This document shows, in pieces, positions 9,961 to 15,707 of a stretch of 24,000 bases of DNA. Under the pieces are notes generated by a model. It was given only the letters and a program-made list of their open reading frames with translations, did no database searches and had not been told where the DNA came from. Source of the stretch: an archaeon GW2011_AR15 (GTDB lineage: Archaea; Nanobdellota; Nanobdellia; Woesearchaeales; GW2011-AR15). Both the position numbers and the translations under genes were made by a program. The stretch lies in the NCBI GenBank assembly GCA_000830295.1, contig CP010425.1, positions 603,308-627,307 of the forward strand, read 5' to 3'. Each line of letters begins with the position of its first letter. The first letter of the stretch is position 1.

Positions 9961-11165
9961 GCAGCCTTCTCAAATATGCAATAGGGAACCTGCTGCACAG
10001 GAAAACAAGAAGCTGGCTTACTGTGCTTTCTATACTCATGGGCATAATGGCCGTATTTGCGCTTATGAGCTTCGGGTTGGGAATCCAGGCATATGTTGAG
10101 GAAGTCGGGGAATCTACTGGAGCCGATAAGCTGTTCCTGCAGGGAAAAGGAATAGGTGCTCCAGGCACAGACACAAGCTTCTCAATCCCGAAAGAGGATG
10201 TTGATTTTCTCGGAAAAATAAGAGGGGTAAAGGATATAGCAGGGCTCTATTTCCAGGCTGCTGCAATCAAGTTCAATGACCAGATAAAGTATAACTGGGC
10301 AATGGGAAATGAGCCCAGGGACTGGAGGTTTCTGGAGCAGTCTTTTGGCGGCGGGATAGAGACAGGCAGGGAGCTGAAGCAGGGGGACATAAGCAAAGTT
10401 GTGCTGGGATACAATTACCAGATTGAAGACAAGGTCTTCGGGAGAGCAGTTGCGCTTGGGGACAAAGTGGAGATAAATGACAGGGAATTTGAGGTTGTGG
10501 GATTCTACAGCGAGATAGGAAATCCGTCTGATGATGCGAATATCTACCTTACAGATGAGGCAATGGAGCTCATGTACCCTTCTATAAAAAATAAATACGG
10601 CTTCGTGATAATACAGGCAGACAGGGACGTTGATCCAACTGCCCTTGCAGAAAGGGTAGAAGAAGAATACAGGGAGCACAAGGGGCAGGAAGAAGGAAAG
10701 GAAGATTTCTATGTCCAGACATTCACCGACCTGCTGGAGACATTCGGCTCAATAATTACAGTCCTTAACAGTGTCCTGCTCCTCATCGCCCTGATATCAC
10801 TTATCGTGGCCTCAGTGAATATAATGAATACGATGTATACCTCAGTCCTTGAAAGGACAAAGGAAATAGGTGTGATGAAGGCAATAGGTGCAAGGAACAC
10901 CAGCATCATGAAAATATTCATATACGAGTCAGGGATTCTCGGCCTTATAGGGGGCATCCTGGGAGTGGTACTTGGTTTCCTGGTGGCATCCGCAGCTGGA
11001 GGAGCAGCCGCAGCCGCAGGCTATTCTTCATTGCGGCCTATATTTCCTGTTTTCCTTGTACTTGGATGCCTCTTGTTTTCCTTTCTCATAGGGGCAGCGT
11101 CAGGCTTTTTCCCTGCATTAAAGGCTTCTAAATTAAAGCCTGCAAATGCGCTCAGATACGAATAA
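9957..11165 (+). CDS. ABC transporter permease, MacB/FtsX family (paralog 2)
   Basis: ATGA overlap with paralog 1. Same architecture (NIMNTMYTSVLERTKEIGVMKAIGARN...). The extracytoplasmic domain has diverged from paralog 1. Confidence 0.88.
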   Translation: MSSLLKYAIGNLLHRKTRSWLTVLSILMGIMAVFALMSFGLGIQAYVEEVGESTGADKLFLQGKGIGAPGTDTSFSIPKEDVDFLGKIRGVKDIAGLYFQAAAIKFNDQIKYNWAMGNEPRDWRFLEQSFGGGIETGRELKQGDISKVVLGYNYQIEDKVFGRAVALGDKVEINDREFEVVGFYSEIGNPSDDANIYLTDEAMELMYPSIKNKYGFVIIQADRDVDPTALAERVEEEYREHKGQEEGKEDFYVQTFTDLLETFGSIITVLNSVLLLIALISLIVASVNIMNTMYTSVLERTKEIGVMKAIGARNTSIMKIFIYESGILGLIGGILGVVLGFLVASAAGGAAAAAGYSSLRPIFPVFLVLGCLLFSFLIGAASGFFPALKASKLKPANALRYE

Positions 11166-11171
11166 CTTGAC

Positions 11172-11179
11172 TTTTTTTT
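11172..11179 (+). terminator. Oligo-T (T8) archaeal-type terminator after the ABC operon
   Basis: CTTTTTTTTA lies 6 nt after the TAA stop at 11163-11165. Confidence 0.45.
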
Positions 11180-11248
11180 AGGAATCTTTTTAAATGGAAC
11201 CCCATTTAGCTATGATAAATACATATTTATTTACGGAGGTAAATCATT

Positions 11249-11392
11249 ATGGCAGACGGATATTGTGTTAAATGCAAAACAAAAAGACAGATGGCAGATG
11301 CCAAGGAAGTTACAATGAAAAACGGCAGGAAAGCCATGAAAGGCAAGTGTCCAAAGTGCGGCACAGGCATGTACAAGATCTTAGGGAAGTAA
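11249..11392 (+). CDS. 47-aa zinc-ribbon protein (DUF5679-like)
   Basis: Absent from the ORF track because it is under 60 aa. GGAGGT lies 7 nt upstream of ATG 11249. Translation: MADGYCVKCKTKRQMADAKEVTMKNGRKAMKGKCPKCGTGMYKILGK, with CxxC...CxxC spacing. Followed by T-runs at 11401-11419. Confidence 0.65.
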   Translation: MADGYCVKCKTKRQMADAKEVTMKNGRKAMKGKCPKCGTGMYKILGK

Positions 11393-11459
11393 TCCCCTTA
11401 TTTTTCTTTTAATTTTTTTACGATATATTTATATACTATATTTCCCTTAAACACTCCCT

Positions 11460-12332
11460 ATGGTAAAGGCAAATGTCGACAGGATTCTCGAGATTCTCAG
11501 GCAGAAAAAATCTCTCAATATAAAGGATCTTGCATCACAGCTCGGGATAAAGAAAGAGGACGCTGAGAAATCTGCAGAATACCTGGAGCAGGATGGCGTA
11601 GTAAGGATAGAGCACAGGTTCCCGAATACAATTGTCGCGCTTGTAGGTGATGCTTCATCTTTTGGAAATACTGACAGCAGCATGATGCCACCCCTTGACC
11701 TGCAAAAACAACAGGAGACAAAAGAGCAGCCAGCTGGGAAAAAGCCAATGCTCCCCAAGCTTAGCATACCGAAACTGAAGCAGGCAAAGCCTGAAGCAAA
11801 GCAGCCGAAACCAGAACCCGTAAACCAGTTCCCGCAGCCATCATGGCCAGGGCAGAAAGGCCAGAAAAAGGTTGAGTGGCCCGGACTGGAGAATCAGAAG
11901 AAAGCTGAATGGCCGGAAGATATAAAGAAGACAGTAAAAACAGAAGAGAAAAAGCAGGATGTTCCAAAAACACCAAAAAAAGAAGAGCCCGTGATACTTA
12001 AGGATGAAAACCCTCTTGAGCCCGAGACTCCGGGATTCTATATGGCTCCGCCTGATCCTGACGGGGAGCATGTCTACCACTTTGAAGCCTATTATGACTT
12101 TCCTGAAGACATAAAGACGGATTCTGACAAAATCAGTTTTCTTCTCACTGAGATAAATAAAAAAATAGCATCCAGGAACTATGACGGCCTTAACAAGATG
12201 TACAGGGTGCTTTATGACATATACAACAACACAGTAAGCATGAGTCCTAATGAGCTGTACCGGACTGCCGGAATAATCCAGGCGGTCTTTGATAAGATTA
12301 AGAATTTATACATGAAACAGCAGGCAGTTTAA
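11460..12332 (+). CDS. Hypothetical protein: N-terminal winged-helix-like domain, long K/P/E/Q-rich disordered linker, C-terminal helical domain
   Basis: The ATG at 11460 is preceded at about 24-35 nt by ATATATTTATATAC. The N-terminus VDRILEILRQKKSLNIKDLASQLGIKKEDAEKSAEYLEQDGVVRIEH is wHTH-like. Residues of about 65-200 are low complexity, with QKKVEWPG / QKKAEWPE repeats. Confidence 0.6.
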   Translation: MVKANVDRILEILRQKKSLNIKDLASQLGIKKEDAEKSAEYLEQDGVVRIEHRFPNTIVALVGDASSFGNTDSSMMPPLDLQKQQETKEQPAGKKPMLPKLSIPKLKQAKPEAKQPKPEPVNQFPQPSWPGQKGQKKVEWPGLENQKKAEWPEDIKKTVKTEEKKQDVPKTPKKEEPVILKDENPLEPETPGFYMAPPDPDGEHVYHFEAYYDFPEDIKTDSDKISFLLTEINKKIASRNYDGLNKMYRVLYDIYNNTVSMSPNELYRTAGIIQAVFDKIKNLYMKQQAV

Positions 12333-12347
12333 TAAGATTTTTAAAAC
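12333..12347 (+). promoter_or_regulatory. TATA-like promoter box TAAGATTTTTAAAAC upstream of the tRNA-Arg locus
   Basis: It shares TAAGATTT..TAAAA with the box at 14960-14972. It ends 24-25 nt before G12372, the same spacing as between TATA-like boxes and the ATGs of genes 6770 and 13030. Confidence 0.5.
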
Positions 12348-12371
12348 ACTGTTAATTCTTTCTCTATTCAT

Positions 12372-12471
12372 GCGCCTTGTAGCTCACATGAATCAACTGT
12401 CCTGTCGGTTGACACCGGTGTGCGGCGTGCGCTCATTAGTGAGCTTAGCCCCACTAATAAAGAAAAAACAT
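12372..12471 (+). other. 100-nt structured 5' leader / degenerate tRNA-like element upstream of tRNA-Arg
   Basis: It begins with GCGCCTTGTAGCTCA, a copy (one extra T) of tRNA positions 1-14. It contains GTGAGCT (12439-12445), complementary to AGCTCAC (12381-12387). It also has hairpins CGGT-TGAC-ACCG (12406-12417) and ATTAGTG/CACTAAT (12435-12441 / 12452-12458). Confidence 0.45.
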
Positions 12472-12546
<75 letters not shown>

Positions 12547-12560
12547 CTTTTCTTTTGCTC

Positions 12561-12971
12561 CTATACATATATGCCGACAGAATAAGATTTATACAATTTT
12601 CCGGCTATATTGCCGCGGGTTCCAAGATTCATCAGCAGGAGATTTGAAAGCTCCTCTGACATTGGTTGTCCGTTCCTTTCAGGGGACCAGATTTTTTTCT
12701 CTGCTGAATAAACCAGGTGTGCCTGGGAAACAAAATCTTTCAGCAGGCTTCTCTGGAGAGGGCCGAAGTTAAATTTAGCCTCAATTCTTCCTATCATCTC
12801 TTCAAGATAATAATCTGTGCCGGAAGGATTTGAATCATAGATAATTCTATAAGCTGCATAAGCATCAAGAACAAGCCTGAATTCACTCATCTCCAACTTT
12901 TCTTTACGTAATGCCTCAAGCAGCTTTTTTTCTTCCTTTGTATAGGTCGGCATATTCAGTCGAAGAAGCAT
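12561..12971 (-). CDS. Hypothetical protein (136 aa)
   Basis: ATG at 12971; an alternative ATG at 12953 fits a second TATA-like box. Divergent from ogg across an AT-rich region of about 58 nt holding two TATA-like boxes. I recognise no motif. Confidence 0.55.
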   Translation of the reverse strand: MLLRLNMPTYTKEEKKLLEALRKEKLEMSEFRLVLDAYAAYRIIYDSNPSGTDYYLEEMIGRIEAKFNFGPLQRSLLKDFVSQAHLVYSAEKKIWSPERNGQPMSEELSNLLLMNLGTRGNIAGKLYKSYSVGIYV

Positions 12972-13029
12972 CTTATATTTAAAATTAGCCTGATTAAATT
13001 TAAATATCGGGGTTTATTGCCCTTGAGCT

Positions 13030-13707
13030 ATGGACAGGGAGCAGCTTCTGGCAGTGTATAATGTGAGGAGAGACAGGATAAAGTCAAGGCTAGGTGAGTT
13101 TACGCGATTCTACAATGAGCCTGTCTCATGGTTTTATGAGGAGAAAAGCATGGTATTGAAGCCTGTTGACAGAGACCATAATGAAAGGATATTTGAGGAG
13201 CTCTGCTTCTGCCTTATGACTGCCAACACCTCAGCAGAGATGGGGCTGAAAGGCGTAGATGGCATAAGAAAGATACTTTTTACAGGCTCTCTGGAAGATA
13301 TACAGCTGGCGCTTGCTGATGCAGGATACAGGTATCCCAACAAAAGGGCAGAGTATATTATCGAAGCGAGAGAAAGGTTTTCAGATGTAAGGGAGCTTGT
13401 TGAAAGCCATGAGGACAAAAAGAAGCTCAGGGAGCATCTTGCAGAGAATGTGAAGGGTTTGGGATACAAGGAAGCCAGCCATTTCCTTAGGAATATAGGG
13501 GTTTTCGGGCTGGCAATACTTGACAAGCACATCCTCAGGACAATGCATGAGCATGGTGTGATTGAAGGGCTGCCAAAATCGCTGAACAGGAAAAATTATT
13601 TAGATATAGAAGAAAAATTTATTAAGTTTGCAGATGAGCTTGAGATAAACATGGACGAGCTCGACCTCCTGCTGTGGTCAATGAAGAACGGCAGGATTTT
13701 GAAATAG
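13030..13707 (+). CDS. ogg: 8-oxoguanine DNA glycosylase / AP lyase, archaeal Ogg2 type
   Basis: HhH-GPD features: ELCFCLMTANTSAE, RYPNKRAEYI, VKGLGYKEASHFLRNIG (catalytic Lys) and ILDKHIL (catalytic Asp). At 225 aa it is closely reminiscent of Methanocaldococcus Ogg. The TATA-like TTTAAATA ends 24 nt before the ATG. Confidence 0.88.
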   Translation: MDREQLLAVYNVRRDRIKSRLGEFTRFYNEPVSWFYEEKSMVLKPVDRDHNERIFEELCFCLMTANTSAEMGLKGVDGIRKILFTGSLEDIQLALADAGYRYPNKRAEYIIEARERFSDVRELVESHEDKKKLREHLAENVKGLGYKEASHFLRNIGVFGLAILDKHILRTMHEHGVIEGLPKSLNRKNYLDIEEKFIKFADELEINMDELDLLLWSMKNGRILK

Positions 13708-13708
13708 C

Positions 13709-13859
13709 ACGGTAGTGGTCTAACGGCATGACACGACCCTCCCAACCTTTTAAGAAAAGGTTGGCGAAAACAGGTGGGTTTCTTCACCTTGTTCGTCAAG
13801 CCCACATCAAAAAAAGGGAGAGTGAGGTCGATATCCGGGTTCAATTCCCGGCTACCGTA
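13709..13859 (+). tRNA. tRNA-Gly (anticodon CCC) with an 80-nt intron at or near position 37/38
   Basis: Acceptor ACGGTAG/CTACCGT; D arm GTCT-AACGGCA-TGAC; anticodon stem CGACC...GGTCG; loop CTCCCA|intron|A; variable ATAT; T arm CCGGG-TTCAATT-CCCGG; discriminator A. Mature length is 71 nt. The intron is about 13745-13824, and the junction is ambiguous by 1 nt. Followed by a T-run at 13860-13865. Confidence 0.85.
13745..13824 (+). other. tRNA-Gly intron (80 nt)
   Basis: It is flanked by the two halves of the anticodon stem. It contains a perfect 10-bp hairpin CCAACCTTTT-AAG-AAAAGGTTGG (13742-13764). GGGAG (13816-13820) is complementary to the anticodon-loop CTCCC (13739-13743). Confidence 0.75.
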
Positions 13860-13913
13860 TTTTTTCTAATTCAATAGATTTTAATACTTAAATTGTTTTA
13901 AAACTGCCCAGAG

Positions 13914-14417
13914 ATGGAAACAAAAGGGTTTTCACTGTGGCTTATGCCCGAAGGCGAGCAGTACAAAAGATTCAGCGGGATAATTTCTGATTTAGGTAAA
14001 AGATACAAAGGGCCAAGATTTGAACCGCATATAACTCTTTTAGGAGATATAGAAAGGGGTAAGGAAGATGTATTCAACAGGGCAAACCAGCTGGCGCAGG
14101 TTGTAAAGCCCTTTAATGTAAAGCTTGACAGGACAGAATACTCCAATGAATATTTTAAATGTGTTTTTGCCAGGGCAGAAGAAGAATACGAATTCATGAA
14201 AGCAGGGGATATTGCCAGAAGGTTTTTCTATATGGAATCCCAGAAATTCATGCCTCACCTGAGCCTGCTGTACGGGAATTACAGCGAAGATATAAAGAAA
14301 GAGATTGTCTCGAAACTGAAAATAAATGAGGAAGTGCCAGTGAATTGCCTGCATGTTGCCGAAACAAAGGGCGAGCCAGAAGAATGGAAGATACTGAGGA
14401 AAATACCTTTCAGATAA
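13914..14417 (+). CDS. 2H phosphoesterase, cyclic phosphodiesterase (CPDase) family
   Basis: Two H-x-T/S-x motifs in CPDase-type context: GPRFEPHITLLG and FMPHLSLLYG. The N-terminal FSLWLMPEGE and the overall length (167 aa) match my recollection of plant/yeast CPDase (Appr>p phosphodiesterase). Confidence 0.8.
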   Translation: METKGFSLWLMPEGEQYKRFSGIISDLGKRYKGPRFEPHITLLGDIERGKEDVFNRANQLAQVVKPFNVKLDRTEYSNEYFKCVFARAEEEYEFMKAGDIARRFFYMESQKFMPHLSLLYGNYSEDIKKEIVSKLKINEEVPVNCLHVAETKGEPEEWKILRKIPFR

Positions 14418-14962
14418 GCAGCCTGTTCAGGGATAAATATAAGCTGAGGCTTGTAATTATTACAGTCCTTACTTTAATGATACTCTCAGTTTTCATAAAT
14501 ATCTGGGCACTTGTATTCATCATCACTTTCTCATTCCTCAATTCCCTCCTGCTTTCCATAGAGAGGTATGTCAGCATAACCCATGATCTTGAGCTTTCTA
14601 CATTCTCAGCGGTCATGATGAGCGTCTCTTTTGGGCTTGGATGGGGGATGACAGCGGCATTCTTCACGAAATTCATGGAGATAATGTATAACAAAAGCAT
14701 GGAGATAGAGGACATACTTGCAATCACGTCATTCATGATTGCCGCGGTCCTTGGCTTTATTTTTAGGGATATGAATATAACCGAGGTCGGAATAGTTGTT
14801 ACCTTTGCCGTCAATGTATTCAACTTCATTACATCCAGCATGGTGGGATACTACACCAAGTATGAACTTATATTCCAGGTAATGACAAATATAGTGCTGA
14901 ACCTTGTCCTTTTCGTGAGTGCAGCCCCGGTATTGCTTACACTTCTCACTCTTTTAAGATAA
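14384..14962 (+). CDS. Polytopic membrane protein (5-6 predicted TM helices), function unknown
   Basis: The track ORF starts at TTG 14345. I prefer ATG 14384 (MEDTEENTFQ...), which still overlaps the upstream gene by 34 nt. The next ATG (14477) would cut the first TM helix. Confidence 0.6.
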   Translation: MEDTEENTFQISSLFRDKYKLRLVIITVLTLMILSVFINIWALVFIITFSFLNSLLLSIERYVSITHDLELSTFSAVMMSVSFGLGWGMTAAFFTKFMEIMYNKSMEIEDILAITSFMIAAVLGFIFRDMNITEVGIVVTFAVNVFNFITSSMVGYYTKYELIFQVMTNIVLNLVLFVSAAPVLLTLLTLLR

Positions 14963-14972
14963 GATTTAAAAG
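14960..14972 (+). promoter_or_regulatory. TATA-like promoter box TAAGATTTAAAAG upstream of the tRNA-Leu locus
   Basis: It shares TAAGATTT..TAAAA with 12333-12347. It overlaps the TAA stop (14960-14962) of the upstream gene. It ends 25-26 nt before G14998. Confidence 0.5.
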
Positions 14973-14997
14973 ATAATGGCTTTTCTTTTGTTTATAT

Positions 14998-15044
14998 GCG
15001 GAGGTGCGTTGAAACCGGAAACGGTTCACTGACCTCCTCAAAAC
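14998..15044 (+). other. 47-nt structured 5' leader: minihelix-like degenerate copy of tRNA-Leu
   Basis: GCGGAGGT (14998-15005) equals tRNA positions 1-8 (15045-15052). GGAGGT pairs with ACCTCC (15032-15037). The inner hairpin is AACCG-GAAA-CGGTT (15013-15026). CCTCCTCA (15033-15040) is a one-mismatch copy of the tRNA 3' end CCTCCGCA (15164-15171). Confidence 0.5.
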
Positions 15045-15171
15045 GCGGAGGTAGCGAAGTGGCCAAACGTGGCAGACTCAAGAATTTGAGTGATGAGCCG
15101 AGAGGCGATGACATACTATTGGGCCATCTGCTCCCTTAGTGGGTTCGCAGGTTCGAATCCTGTCCTCCGCA
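15045..15171 (+). tRNA. tRNA-Leu (anticodon CAA), class II, with a 43-nt canonical intron
   Basis: Acceptor GCGGAGG/CCTCCGC; D region GCG-AAGTGGCCAAA-CGT; anticodon stem GCAGA...TCTGC; loop CTCAAG|intron|A; 15-nt variable arm TCCCTTAGTGGGTTC; T arm GCAGG-TTCGAAT-CCTGT; discriminator A. Mature length is 84 nt. Followed by TTTTT. Confidence 0.9.
15083..15125 (+). other. tRNA-Leu intron (43 nt, position 37/38, BHB-compatible)
   Basis: The central 4-bp helix TCAA (15078-15081) / TTGG (15119-15122) is flanked by 3-nt bulges GAA (15082-15084) and GCC (15123-15125), adjacent to the anticodon stem. Confidence 0.75.
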
Positions 15172-15223
15172 TTTTTATTCTAAATTTGAAAAGAATTATA
15201 AATTAAAACAGATTAAGATATTT

Positions 15224-15676
15224 ATGGAGTTTGAAGATAAAAGATTTTCCCTCTTTTTTAACGCCATATTGATTCTTTTCGCATCCTTTTGCTTTGTCAT
15301 AGGATACTTAGGAGAGTATATGGTAGTTATGTTTATAGTCTCTTTTACCATTATCCTATTTATCGTTAATGATAGAAATCATTTAATAAGGTTTGATGAT
15401 AACTCGATTGAGATGAGTATTAGCCGGTGGAATCTAAAAGATAGAAAAAAGTTCAGATGGAATGAGATCAAAAGTATCTCTATTATCATATCGTTTATCT
15501 CTCTTCCAACTTTAATTATTGAAACCAAGGAAGGAAAAACTTATCTGACATACATTGTTAACGACAAAGGATTTGCCACTAAACTCTCAGAGTTGAAGAA
15601 TAAGTCAAGAGCATTAAATCATATCAATGTAGCAGTGCCATTTTATTTTAAAACACATTTTAAAAAATCTAATTAA
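15224..15676 (+). CDS. Hypothetical membrane protein (2 N-terminal TM helices + small soluble domain), AT-rich orphan
   Basis: The ATG at 15224 is preceded by the TATA-like ATTATAAATT about 20 nt upstream. 150 aa. GC is about 27-33% in three 60-nt samples, against 40-48% in the flanking genes. Confidence 0.55.
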   Translation: MEFEDKRFSLFFNAILILFASFCFVIGYLGEYMVVMFIVSFTIILFIVNDRNHLIRFDDNSIEMSISRWNLKDRKKFRWNEIKSISIIISFISLPTLIIETKEGKTYLTYIVNDKGFATKLSELKNKSRALNHINVAVPFYFKTHFKKSN

Positions 15677-15707
15677 GAGTATTATCTAGTTATTTAGGTT
15701 TCTTGCT

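Noticed and set aside
7192-10679. Minus-strand ORFs of 140-185 aa across the ABC operon (7192..7635, 7675..8169, 8994..9545, 9570..9998, 10182..10679).
   Set aside because: All are antisense to well-supported, translationally coupled genes and give low-complexity translations.
14016-14028. GATTTGAACC, which resembles the complement of a tRNA T-arm on the minus strand.
   Set aside because: It lies inside the CPDase coding sequence (PRFEP), and no flanking cloverleaf can be drawn.
15083-15125. A C/D-box sRNA embedded in the tRNA-Leu intron (GTGATGA at 15090-15096, GATGA at 15107-15111).
   Set aside because: There is no CUGA D or D' box, and 43 nt is too short for a C/D sRNA. It is probably a chance match.
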